A DNA stretch of 43,070 nt from Octopus bimaculoides (Eukaryota): contig NC_068995.1 in assembly GCF_001194135.2 (NCBI RefSeq), positions 37,593,219 to 37,636,288 of the forward strand, read 5' to 3'. The position numbers and the translations under genes were made by a program. Shown in pieces: positions 12,590-23,927 of the stretch. Under the pieces are notes generated by a model that saw nothing but the letters and a program-made list of their open reading frames with translations, was not told the origin of the DNA and ran no database searches. The first letter of the stretch is position 1, and every line of letters starts with the position of its first letter.

Positions 12590-12611
12590 ATATATATATA
12601 TATCTATATAT

Positions 12612-12672
<61 letters not shown>

Positions 12673-12686
12673 AGGGAGAGAGAGAT
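12590..12686. repeat. (TA)n and (AG)n microsatellites
   Basis: Direct reading. Confidence 0.95.
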
Positions 12687-13274
12687 ATACACTGACCCAG
12701 AGCAAAAGTATTCCAACCGTGTTGTACTTTCATATATCTAACACTCTATATTCTGATAATCATATTTTCTTTATCAAAAGTCTAGGACATGATTCCATAG
12801 AAATATCTCTGCTATGTTTAACAGGTGGATTGTCTGAGTAGAGTTTTCGTCGTTAGCTCGACGACATAGAATTCTATTATCTGGAGAAATTTTGGCCTGT
12901 ATAATGGTGGTGTACATCAACGTGTTATATCAATTACTGTTGATAATGTCTGCAATTTTGCCTTAACATGTTACAAATAACACAAAATTCATGAAAGGAG
13001 AATAAACTTTCCGTAGGTGTTAATAGTAAAATGTGCGACAACCAGTAGTATTATGCGCACTTTTTACTTATGACTGCAACAACAATTCATAAGTCATATG
13101 TGTAAGAAAATAATGACTTCTAGTGAAATAATCTCGGTTAATGCTTTATGACAATAGTGGTAGTTTTCTTCACATCTTCTGTTTGAATTTCGAACAGTTT
13201 CACAAACAAACACACGGTGACATATTTTCACTTCCAGAACTTATTAAATAAGTATCAATAGTATATTGAAATTA

Positions 13275-13495
13275 AGGCGACGAGCTAGCATAATAGTTAG
13301 CACAGACGAAAAAAATTCTCGGCGGCTTTTCGTCCGTCGGTACGTTCTGAATTCAAATTCCACAGAGGTCAACTTTGGATTTTATCCTTTCGGGGACGAT
13401 AACATAAGTACCAGTTGAGCACCGGTGTCGACGTAATCGACTTACACGTTCTTCTGATATTACTGGCTTTGTGTCAAAATGTGAAACCAATAATA
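13275..13495 (+). mobile_element. tRNA-derived SINE (tail type C), full length
   Basis: AGGCGACGAGCTAGCA head, TTCAAATTC B box, CCTTTCGGGGACGATAACATAAGTACCAGTTGAGCAC core, GGCTTTGTGTCAAAATGTGAAACCAATAAT tail. Confidence 0.85.
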
Positions 13496-14445
13496 TATTG
13501 AAATTCATTAAAATCACTATTTACTACGTATGAAAACATAGTCACGAATCAAGAACGGCCTTTATATAGTAATTCGATCTGATTTAAAATAAATCCGAAC
13601 TGTTCTATTCTTTGTAAAAGAAGAACACATTACACAATATAAGCTCTAATCCCGTTACCAGTAACACGGTTTTATACACAAAAAGGATTATATATTTATA
13701 AGAAACAGAATAGTTAAGAAGGCGTAAATGAAGAGCAATTGCTTTAATCGTTTATTGATTTGCTGAGCAGATTATTTGAAAGCTGTAGTCACCTGCACAA
13801 ATCAATGTCAATAATGATAGTTTGTGGTAGAGAATTGGTAATATGTTTATAGAACAAGAGCATTAATATTGTATTCTGTTTATTCAATTCATCGGGAAAC
13901 AAGCAATGAATACGAAGTGAATTAGTTTCATATGACGATCCGTCTAAATTTTCTTTCCGTGTTGCCATTTGTGATTAAAACGAATCCGCTTTCTTTATTA
14001 TGTTGCTAATGCTTTTAACAATGTAGAAAGAGATTAAACTGGAATGTTCAATCTCTTCTTGCATATAGGATTTCGCTATAAACGAAATCTAAAACCAATT
14101 GAATTATTGTTATATATTCATTTGCAGCTGAATTGAATGTGTTGGCTTGCTAACACAGAGGTCAGTGATTTGAGACCAGCTAAACGAAGCTTTCTGTCGT
14201 CCGTATCAATTAAGCATACGTCAGAAGGCTGCCTTCCCACTTTCATTACAGATATATGTGATGTGCAGACAAGAATTTGAGCTTCTACAAAGTCACACAA
14301 TCTGCTATAAATCAGAACCAAATACTTGCAAAGAATAATCTTCGAAAAAAAAAAAAATATTGGACAATGTAATTCCAATATATGGTAATATCGCTGCTAG
14401 AATGCGTTTGTTTGAAAAATTTGCTCACTTGTTAAACACAAAAGT

Positions 14446-14493
<48 letters not shown>

Positions 14494-14559
14494 TGCAAAC
14501 ATGATGGCTGCTCTTGCATTATCTAAATATGGCTGTTGCAGAAGACTTAACTGTTAACG

Positions 14560-15600
14560 GTGCTATGATCGAATGTGACTTTTTAGCCCAGCTAAAGATC
14601 TACAATGTCTTGTACAGAACTGGCAGCTAATTGGGCTTCATGTATCTTTGCATGACGTTTGAGCCCTCCCACCGGATCACACCCCCTTCCACATGCCTGA
14701 CAGATATGATTCGTATGGTGCATATCACCACCACCAGCGGCCTAGTAGTCAATCATCGGTCTCGCTTTATGACTACGGAGATGACTCCTGAGTCCAGCTT
14801 TACTGAGGCACGGTCTTGCACAGACACTGCATATCAGCGTCATAGGAAGACCCTTATCGTCTGGAAGTGCAACAGTGATGTCCTTCCTGACATCCTGACA
14901 AGTCGAGATTTCCCAAAAGTAGCTGTCTCCTTAGGTACAATCCTTCTCTACCTTCTACGGTCAATAGGTATGCCCACCCATAAAATGACATTTGAAGGGT
15001 CGGCCAATCCTCCACAATATCTGCAACATTCATTTCCTCTTGTAAAGTTCTCTTCACACTAAGATGAGCCACATTCAGTCTTTTATGCAGGATAATACCT
15101 GCAGCCCAGATTTTACGTTTTGTGATGAATTTCACTTTTGCACGTACCAGGCGGTGGGCAGTCTAACACTCAACCCACGAAGAACACGAACACACTGCAC
15201 ATCTCGTCTGTCACGCACCCTAACAAGGATGAAATCTAGAACATGCCATTATTTAGATGCAGGGTGCATCGATGTGGTCTTAAACGTATTCTTTTGTTGA
15301 AATATATATAAAGATATATATAATGAGCAAACTATAAAAATTGTACAATATATAAAATTAGTGCGAAAAGGGGGGATTTACAGTAAATACATAATTACAC
15401 ACATGTTAGATGGCCGTTGACTCTCAAGAGTTCCACCGCCCTTTGACGGGTTTTGTTTTTCATCCTGCAGAGTGTCCAATAAACACCCTCCTCACCAAGC
15501 AAGCTTGGTGGGGATGCCGATTTAGTCGCCGACGACCCGACCATGCAGCAGGTTGTACTGAGTTAAATGTTACCAGTAGCCCTCGAAAGTGACTTGACAT
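14560..15600 (-). mobile_element. Internally deleted RTE/BovB-like LINE: putative 5' UTR, APE endonuclease C-terminus, three C-terminal C2H2 fingers
   Basis: FKTTSMHPASK*WHVLDFILVRVRDRRDVQCVRVLRG/EC*TAHRLVRAKV (APE end: TWMHP.SK.WH.LDY...DC.TDHRLV). Fingers CSVCARPCLSKAGLRSHLRSH, CQACGRGCDPVGGLKRHAKIH and CQFCTRHCRSLAGLKSHIRS(H). No RT domain between them. Assignment of 15400-15600 as 5' UTR is inference. Confidence 0.75.
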
Positions 15601-15880
15601 ATGCCCGTAGGCATATGGCGTAGTGGTTAAGAGTGTGGGCTACTAACCCCAAGATTCCGAGTTCGTTTCCAGCCAGTGACCTAAATAATAATAAGAACAT
15701 CGAAAAAATACCTTAGGAATGAGAAACCATGTTCGAAATTTCCCCAAGACACCTGATGAAGGCTGGAGGATATATCAGCCGAAACGTTGTGTTAACAACA
15801 AAAAAGATGAAGACAAATATCCATCAAATGTAAATAATGTAAATTAAGTACATAATTCCTCATCTCTAAAATACAGAACT
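15601..15880 (+). mobile_element. tRNA-headed, hammerhead-containing short retroelement, copy 2 (core intact)
   Basis: ATGCC-CGTA-GGCAT hairpin, TGGCGTAGTGG A box (15616-26), anticodon-like arm GGG-CTACTAA-CCC, GTTCGTTTCC B-box variant (15661-70), short (AAT)n, hammerhead 15748-15793. No run of four T inside. Confidence 0.85.
15748..15793 (+). ncRNA. Minimal type I hammerhead ribozyme, intact core
   Basis: Stem I GACAC(15748-52)/GTGTT(15789-93); CTGATGA(15753-59)+A; stem II GGCTG/CAGCC with 10-nt loop; GAAAC(15781-85); GTT(15786-88). Predicted cleavage after 15788; stem III is the palindrome AACGTT. Confidence 0.75.
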
Positions 15881-15884
15881 GTAT

Positions 15885-16130
15885 TAAGGCTGCTTATGGA
15901 AGACCAGCGGTCACTCATGTATACTAGGTTCTCCTCTCCATGCCACGGATGTTGTCCAAGGGAAAGGCAAATGCTAATACAGTTTGGCATCAGTGATGTC
16001 GCAACTCATTTCTGTAACTGAAATAAAGCGTCTTGCTCGAGAACAAAACACATAGCCCAGACTGGGAATCGAACTAACTACTTCATGATTGCGAGCCCAA
16101 CGCTCTAACCACTGAGCGATGAGCCTTCAC
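15885..16130 (-). mobile_element. tRNA-derived SINE, second family
   Basis: GTGAAGGCTCATCGCTCAGTGGTTAGAGCGTTGG A box, GTTCGATTCCC B box, TGTTTTGTTCTCGAGCAAGACGCTTTATTT core shared with 33150-33457. Confidence 0.8.
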
Positions 16131-17140
16131 TTGATTGCAGTGGAGACAAATATAACAGAAAGGATTGGCTCTGGTAGAAAAAAAAATTACTGATACCCAA
16201 ATACAATGACAATCACATGACACAGAACTTCTAAACAACTGCCTGTTTGATGCCTACGTGAAATATGTACTTGATGTAAAAAGGTAAGGAGTTCGGGCAT
16301 GTTTTGTACGCACCTTGAACAGAAAATTGTAATGCTGATTTCGGCTCAGGCGTAACATCGTAACGGCCTAAGTGGATTATAAGAAATCATTAGGTCTGTC
16401 CTCCGCACTTGTATTCTTGAGTTCCTCAAGTTGCTAGAGTTGTAGACACCATTATCACTTCCCAAACATACATACATATACACACATATTATATACATGG
16501 ATACATACACACAGCAGACATACAGACACACATATGTACACACAAACATAGTTGCATATATGATGTGGAGTTACAAATGAATGCTATTAGGGGTTGAATT
16601 TCGTGTAAGTGAAGTATATATTCCAGCGGCATAGCAAACAAGTGAATTGTATAATGGATATAATTTGAATATAATATTTAGTAGTCAATAAGTCGAATCA
16701 ATCATTGATGCATTCATCTGATTTGGAAAAAAAAACAACAAATATATTCTATTTCTGACGCTTTGTGAAATTGATGAATAGTAATTCGTCACTTTGGCAA
16801 AAAAAGTCTAAACAATTCCATTATGCTTCGAAGATTGATAAGAAATTAGTAGTTACGCAATATTCCTTATTTAGTTAACACCAAAGGGAATATCTGAATA
16901 TCTATGAAATGAACGAGTTCCTAGAGAATATAAAAGCGGAAAATAAAATTAATAAGTTTATTGAATTAATTTTTAACTTTTAGGCATTTTACAACTTATA
17001 CCAACTGGAAATTTTAATATTCTGCACTTAAAAATGACAGTATTAAATTAGATTTCACTGCAATGAAAACTCAAACAAAATACAATCAAATGATAGGACT
17101 GCTCCGTCTAAGAATTGCAGTCCTCGATTTATATGAAATC

Positions 17141-17190
<50 letters not shown>

Positions 17191-17268
17191 CCCACCTGCC
17201 TACCTACCTACCTACCTACCTACCTACCTACCTACCTACCCACCTACCTACCTATCTCTCTCTCTCTC
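17141..17268. repeat. (TATC)n-(TACC)n-(TC)n microsatellite running into gap
   Basis: Direct reading. Confidence 0.95.
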
Positions 17269-17781
17269 NNNNNNNNNNNNNNNNNNNNNNNNNNNNNNNN
17301 NNNNNNNNNNNNNNNNNNNNNNNNNNNNNNNNNNNNNNNNNNNNNNNNNNNNNNNNNNNNNNNNNNNNNNNNNNNNNNNNNNNNNNNNNNNNNNNNNNNN
17401 NNNNNNNNNNNNNNNNNNNNNNNNNNNNNNNNNNNNNNNNNNNNNNNNNNNNNNNNNNNNNNNNNNNNNNNNNNNNNNNNNNNNNNNNNNNNNNNNNNNN
17501 NNNNNNNNNNNNNNNNNNNNNNNNNNNNNNNNNNNNNNNNNNNNNNNNNNNNNNNNNNNNNNNNNNNNNNNNNNNNNNNNNNNNNNNNNNNNNNNNNNNN
17601 NNNNNNNNNNNNNNNNNNNNNNNNNNNNNNNNNNNNNNNNNNNNNNNNNNNNNNNNNNNNNNNNNNNNNNNNNNNNNNNNNNNNNNNNNNNNAAAATAAA
17701 ACAAAAAAACACATTGTTAATAAAAAAGTATTCACTCCGATTGCTACATGAATAATTCAATAACTTAATGTGTATGACACC

Positions 17782-18443
17782 GATCTTTTTTCTACTTCAA
17801 TTATTACGTTTCCTCTTATAAAATACACACATACAGGAGGGGTAACTCTAAATCTGTAGGGGTAGTCTCACCCTGCTTCAGATTTGAAACTGAACCTTTA
17901 AATTCTTCTTGGCCATACGGCCTTTTCAAATGAAAAGAACATCGTGACAAATCTGTGTTCTACTTGACCTGTGGCCTTTTCAGTGCCATCGCACCGTCAC
18001 CTGCATTCCGTTAAGCTATTCTTCCATATGATATAGCTATTTTTCTACTGTCATTCACGTTAGAACTAAATCTTTCAATTCTCCTTCTTCAATTATTACA
18101 TGTTTTTAAGAACCATGCATTTTACATGCCCAACTTTATGCAGGAGCATCACCTGTGGTACCAAAAGCAAATCCTTTTGCTTATGCACCCCGAAATACAA
18201 CGAAAAATATTGTTTATAAATAAAATATTCACTCTTAATGCGACATGAATACTTCACTAAATTAATTACTATCATTATATTCAAGAATAAAATCGATCTT
18301 CTTTCTACTTCAATTATTATATGTTTTTCTCTTATAAAATAAACACACGCATACAGTAGGTTCATATATGAAATTGATCTTTTTTCTACTTCAACTATTA
18401 CATATTTTTCTCTTATAAGAATACATACATAGAGGAGGAGTAA
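17782..18443. repeat. Three ~60-65 bp dispersed direct repeats (17782, 18295, 18376) plus a partial copy near 18074
   Basis: Shared GATCTTTTTTCTACTTCAATTATTAC..TTTYTCTCTTATAA.ATAC.CACATAC.G.AGG. Confidence 0.7.
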
Positions 18444-18753
18444 ATTATATATATATATATATAATACTTTGAATGTGGCTCCCGGAAAACAGTAAAAGTA
18501 ATCTGCCGATCAACGACGAGTATTAGTGCTAGTTATTTATAAAGCAATGAAAGTACCAAGCTCTATGTTAAAATCTCTACTACTGCTAATTAAGCGAGCT
18601 GGCAGAATCGTTAATACATGGGGCAAAATGCACCCTATATGATGTATAGTTACGGATTAATGCTGTTGCAAGCTTAAATTTTGAATCCATGAAGGTATGA
18701 CTGTGATGAATAAATATATGCGACACATCTTTGGGTGAATACACCTGTATATA

Positions 18754-20031
18754 TTGGGTTGGCAACTAAGTTCTCGCCGTCTTTTTGAAATTTAAATTTT
18801 TTTAAAGGTTTAATAAAAAATAACAACTAATTAATCAATAATGTATTCACCCTTGTTGTTTGAAACTTATTACCAACGTTCAACAAGGTTTACCTCGTTG
18901 GTAGAAATCACCCGATTTCGACTCGAAAAATTGATCAAACCAACCTCTCAATTCTTCATCAGTATTGAACGAAACACCGCGCATAGCATTTCAAAAACAT
19001 CGAAAGAGGTGGACTCCGTTGGTGCCAAATCAGAAGATTACGGCGGGTCTGGCAGCACTTCCCAGCCATGCGTTTGAATGGCTTCCTTGGTCATATTGGC
19101 GATATGAGGGCGGGCGTTGTCGTGCAGCAGAAGAACGCCATGCTGCCGATTAGGTCTTTTCTCTTAAAAAGCCGTGTTGAATAGATCCATCTGTCGAACA
19201 TAGTCTTCCACGTTGACCGTTTGGTTCCATTCAAGCAATTCATAATGGATAATCCCTTCCCAGTCCCACCAAACGCACCACATCGTTTTACGCGGGTGAA
19301 GATCTTGTTTCATGCACGGTGCTGCTTGTTTACCGGGACTAAGCCATTTCTTACGCTGCTTCATATTGATGTACAGGCACCATTTTCCATCGCCAGTAAC
19401 GATTCGGTAAAGAAATCGTTGCTTGAGTCCATGAATTTAGCGGTGACGAGCAAGCAATCCAGCGGAGATTGTGGCTCGTTGATTTTTGTTGTTGCATGCG
19501 GAACCCATGCTCCGTACTTCTGAACCTTTCCCATCAACTGAGATGCTTTTCTATAGCAGTATGGGAGCATTCCATTTTCTGTGCCAGTTCCCTTGTCATT
19601 TGACGAGAATTTTCGTGTAAAAGTTGGTTTAATCGCTTTTCATCGATCTCAACTGGACGGTCAGAACGAGGTGCGTCTTTGAGGTCAAAATTTCCATATT
19701 TGAACTTGACATACCAATCACGAGCGGTTCTTTCAGCTATGGCACCCTCCTCATACACAGCACAAATTTCGTGAGCAGCTTCTGCGGCCTTAGAATCTTG
19801 AGTAAAGGCAAAAATTCGGTCTCGAAAATGCACGTTTTCCTTCACTTGACATTCCACTTTAATGATTCGAAAATAAACAAAAATTAACAAAAATTAACTA
19901 GAAAAAACAAAATAGATTCCGAAATGACTCAAAACATAGAATTCTGGAAATAAAAAAGAAAGATTCCAAAATTTAAAAACGCAATAAATTCCAAAATAAA
20001 AAAAAACCGTGGGTACTTAGTTGCCAACCAA
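18754..20031 (-). mobile_element. Full-length decayed mariner (DD34D) transposon, ~1.28 kb
   Basis: TIR TTGGGTTGGCAACTAAG at 18754 and its revcomp ending 20031, each next to TA. Transposase 19857->18831 with HTH region, GAWVPH, RIVTGDGKW, LLLHDNARPH, PP*SSDLAPTE, ..GEYIID*. Several stops and frameshifts. Confidence 0.92.
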
Positions 20032-20340
20032 TAGACTAAGACGATTTTGTGGGAGGTATTTATGGTGTTACAAGAAGGAAACTCTTTCGTTCGAAGTTTC
20101 AAGAAAAGAAATGGTGAAGTCGACATTTTCGACTTGATCGAAGTGTTATAAGTTTCAAGAAAAATTTTCCAGAAACTCCATATGAATGTATGGCTTTAGC
20201 TCGTATTCTTTCCCATTAAAGATGATATTACAGTTAGTTCAAATTCAACTCAAAATGATGTTACTTTGTGTCTAGTAACAGCAGTAACATATTGGTTTCA
20301 GATTTTTGCTCAATGTCAGCAAGTACGTTGGAGAGTGTAA

Positions 20341-20414
20341 GTCGATTTCTAAGACTCCAGTACTCAACTGGTAATTAATTTATCGACCACGAAAGGGTGA
20401 AAGGCAAATTTGAA
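20341..20414 (-). mobile_element. SINE core fragment
   Basis: GTCGATTTCTAAGACTCCAGTACTCAACTGGTAATTAATTTATCGACCACGAAAGGGTGAAAGGCAAA matches the core of the SINEs at 10261 and 10463. Confidence 0.65.
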
Positions 20415-21125
20415 CAACATACATACATACACATAATACATACATACGTACATATATTCATACATATACCATTTACATCACAATCCTTAACTTCTGCCAA
20501 CAAATCTACCCCCATCGATCATAGCTTCCAACTCCAATTTCACAGCACGTCCACTCCAGGTATCTCCACTCAGACAATCTTCTACAACACACTGTTTCTC
20601 ATGCATTCCACCCCCGTGTACACCTGCCTCAAATTTTCACTTTTCTCCCCAAGCTGTTACCTTCCCAACAGCTCACCTCTCTATACCCGCAGCAGCTGAT
20701 ATCCTCACCTTACTGTCCACTCTTTTCTAAGAAAAAAAAAAGACTAATTTTGTTCCTCTTAGCGCTTATTTTTTCTCCACTAATTCCATTCCTTCTGTCT
20801 TTTAACCTCTTCATTACAAACTTTTCTTTCCCCTTGTGGATTTTGCCAGTTTCTTACTAAACTCTATATGCATGGCCAAACTCACCGAATCTGTTACTAT
20901 TGTAATGTAATGCTTACCAACACCTTAACTTTTTTTACTTTCAACAGAATTCATATATTTTCCATCTTACTGAAATCTTTGTTAAGGTTCTTATAAAAAC
21001 GTTTTCATACCCTTTTTAAATTTCTTGCACAGGTTACTAACTTTTTACGCTTAATCTTGCTATTCATCAATACCTTGATTCTCTCACAATAGCACGCTCA
21101 CTAACCAGTTGTATATCTTTTTGTA

Positions 21126-21967
21126 CGGTGTTCGGGCTAAATTTGGCAGTACGCACGAAAGGAAAAGCATACGCAATATCCCATCGAAAAAGAAACCTAT
21201 TCTTTAAAAAGATCAAAAGATATCTGCTAGATTAACCGCTCTCAGTTTCCACCATAGCCTCATGACAGTTCTGTAACCTAACTATGCGTTCATCACCGTG
21301 TCCATCAGGAGAATGCCACTTTGATCATGACCACAGACTATGCCTTGATGTTACAGGTAAAGTTGCGGGTGTTATTCTCAAAGAAACCTCACAGTAAATA
21401 ACCCATGAGATGGCAAATTGCGGAACTGAACTTAGTAGGCCAGAAATAGGGGCTGGTGAAGTCGTAGATATTCTCAGACAACCATTTCTGATTCTTATGA
21501 TAATGATACATATCCTGCTGATATATATAGCCTTCCAGCAGCAACCCTTCCTATCCGGGGTTTGGTTACAGTCTCCAGCCGCTTCACACAGTAGTCTGAA
21601 TTGAGACTAATTCTCTGTTCAACGATGTAGGGCGGCATGATTTCAATTTCACTGGAGATAGACCAAGAGATCATCGTTGATTGGGGGAACTTGGTTTCTG
21701 TGATTTTTTTTATCACGCGTTACAAACTTTACGGTGTTCGCAGAGCATTGAGCAATGATCGTAATGTCAGTAATTAGATCCCCGGCGCGAACAAGTAACT
21801 ATATTGCGATATTCAGATGGCTTCTCGTCCTCTATGTCAGTTAACTTTTTTTCACCTACAAATTTAATCTTTAGTCTCTCCAACATTCTTGATGGTTCAC
21901 ACATCATGCTGCTCTTATAGAAGGAGACTTTGAAAAATCTTCATTCAAATTCATTTCGAATACCATG
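21126..21967 (-). mobile_element. Internally deleted DD37D (maT-like) Tc1/mariner element
   Basis: KFPQSTMISWSISSEIEIMPPYIVEQRISLNSDYCVKRLETVTKPRIGRVAAGR, NQKWLSENIYDFTSPYFWP and EAMVETESG* resemble the DD37D catalytic region. Left TIR TA|CGGTGTTCGGGCTAAATTTG; degenerate right TIR CAAATTCATTTCGAATACCATG|TA. Confidence 0.7.
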
Positions 21968-22350
21968 TACTATATATANNNNNNNNNNNNNNNNNNNNNN
22001 NNNNNNNNNNNNNNNNNNNNNNNNNNNNNNNNNNNNNNNNNNNNNNNNNNNNNNNNNNNNNNNNNNNNNNNNNNNNNNNNNNNNNNNNNNNNNNNNNNNN
22101 NNNNNNNNNNNNNNNNNNNNNNNNNNNNNNNNNNNNNNNNNNNNNNNNNNNNNNNNNNNNNNNNNNNNNNNNNNNNNNNNNNNNNNNNNNNNNNNNNNNN
22201 NNNNNNNNNNNNNNNNNNNNNNNNNNNNNNNNNNNNNNNNNNNNNNNNNNNNNNNNNNNNNNNNNNNNNNNNNNNNNNNNNNNNNNNNNNNNNNNNNNNN
22301 NNNNNNNNNNNNNNNNNNNNNNNNNNNNNNNNNNNNNNNNNNNNNNNNNN

Positions 22351-22413
<63 letters not shown>

Positions 22414-22819
22414 CGTATGTGTATGGGTGTAGTCAAATGACTGAAAAAGTAAAAGAATAAAGAAAATTATATGTGTGTGTGTGTGTGTGTGTGTGCGTGT
22501 GCCTCATTATTATAATAGTTATAAAAGTACACCATTAGATGTATATAGATACGTCTCATTAATCAGGTATTTGTGCACACACACACACACACGCGCGCGC
22601 GCTCGCGCTCGCGCGCACACACACACACATATATATATTCGATTGGAGGTTGCATTATCCTCATGAAGGGGTGGTTTCATCCATTCAAATAATGGTTCAT
22701 TACCTGATATTTTTCGGGAATTAATTTCCTTAAAATAACATGTATATATACATAAACGTATAGTTTATATTCATATAATAAAAGAAGAAAATGAAAATGG
22801 AGATTGGGAAGTTAATAAT

Positions 22820-23187
22820 TGTTTATTATTAAAAGCAAATTAACCATCTTTCCTTAAAGCTGTTTCAATCAATAATCAGTAAATATTAAGTAAATAGTAA
22901 ATTTTTATTTATATGCCCTGAGCCTAATATAATATCTACAGAGGGGAAAAATGTACCGTCGGATGTTTCATTTTGATGATTCATTATAGCAGCTTCCTAT
23001 AATGAATCCATAAACTCATATAAAACATCCATAAACGCATATAACAGATCCAAGGTTATATTTACCCCCTCTGTAGATATTATACTCAGGTCTTTCGAAT
23101 ATAAATTCAATATTTACTTAATATTTACTGAGTATTAATTGAAACAACTGTAAGTGAAGATGATTAATTTGCTGTTAATAATAAGCA
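22820..23187. repeat. Foldback element, arms ~22820-22950 and ~23065-23187
   Basis: ATAATATCTACAGAGGGG/CCCCTCTGTAGATATTAT, CAGTAAATATTAAGTAAATA/TATTTACTTAATATTTACTG, and outer TGTTTATTATTAA/TTAATAATAAGCA all pair. Confidence 0.85.
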
Positions 23188-23281
23188 CTTATCAACTTCC
23201 TTATCTCAGTTTTCTTTTTCTTGTTTTATATGAATATAATAATAATAATAATAATAATAATGATAACAATAAAATGCTCCG

Positions 23282-23836
23282 AAGCACGTGCCAGGCAGTG
23301 GTCTCCTGGCTTCTAATCCTAACTGATTGGAAGTGTTAGCATGTATTATTTTGTCTTGGTATAAAAGATGGGCAACAACAAATATTCTGCTCAATGCCAC
23401 AGATATGCTTGTCAGTTGCTTCACCAAACCAGTTGAGCATGTCCCTTAGTGGCTGACGATATGTGTATCTTTGTTGACGTGCAGAAGTAGTGGGGAACCA
23501 TCATAGCCATGTGTTGAAAGGAATTCTCTCGGGTTTAGATAACTCACCTTTGGAAACTTGGGTGTTTTGTTCAACATCCTTAGACAACCCTTATTCAGGG
23601 ACCTTTTGAGGGGAATGGGATAGCTGACTTGGAGAAAATTCTAACTGAGATCCACCTGCAATGTCATGTTCTGTTTATCTTGATAAGAGATCACAATGTC
23701 GCACACATATGGCTGAGAAGCAAGTGCCTGGTGGACCCTTAGCAGACGTGTAGTTATGATGGGTATACTAGATTTCGTATATTTTACCCCAGTATCACTT
23801 TGATCACATGCACTGCTCTCTAACTCAATACTAATG
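23282..23836. mobile_element. ~550 bp interspersed repeat, unclassified, bracketed by (AAT)n/(ATG)n
   Basis: GC-richer non-coding block between simple-repeat tails; resembles a high-copy octopus repeat as I recall it. Single copy here, so unverified. Confidence 0.45.
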
Positions 23837-23882
23837 ATGATGATGATAAGAATAATAAGCATTTCTACCAAGCATTTCTACC

Positions 23883-23927
23883 AAGCATTTCCGCGGCGTG
23901 CTAACGATTCTAACAGCTCACCGCCTT
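23883..23927 (-). mobile_element. SINE head fragment
   Basis: AAGGCGGTGAGCTGTTAGAATCGTTAGCACGCCGCGGAAATGCTT matches the SINE head at 10640-10690. Confidence 0.7.

Noticed and set aside
14118-14310. Minus-strand ORF ...QPSDVCLIDTDDRKLRLAGLKSLTSVLAS...
   Set aside because: Protein-like but not assignable; expected by chance at this length.
15617-15681. Functional tRNA gene (also 1149-1213, 16060-16120)
   Set aside because: No acceptor-stem closure, and each continues into retroelement body; these are tRNA-derived heads.
16219-16276. Possible micro-exon LLNNCLFDAYVKYVLDVK with AG|GTAAGG donor
   Set aside because: No polypyrimidine tract and no homology recognised.
20520-20720. C-rich tract possibly a LINE 3' end
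   Set aside because: Similarity too weak to name a family.
23452-23490. CTGACGA hammerhead-core heptamer in the 550-bp repeat
   Set aside because: No stem II followed by GAAA.
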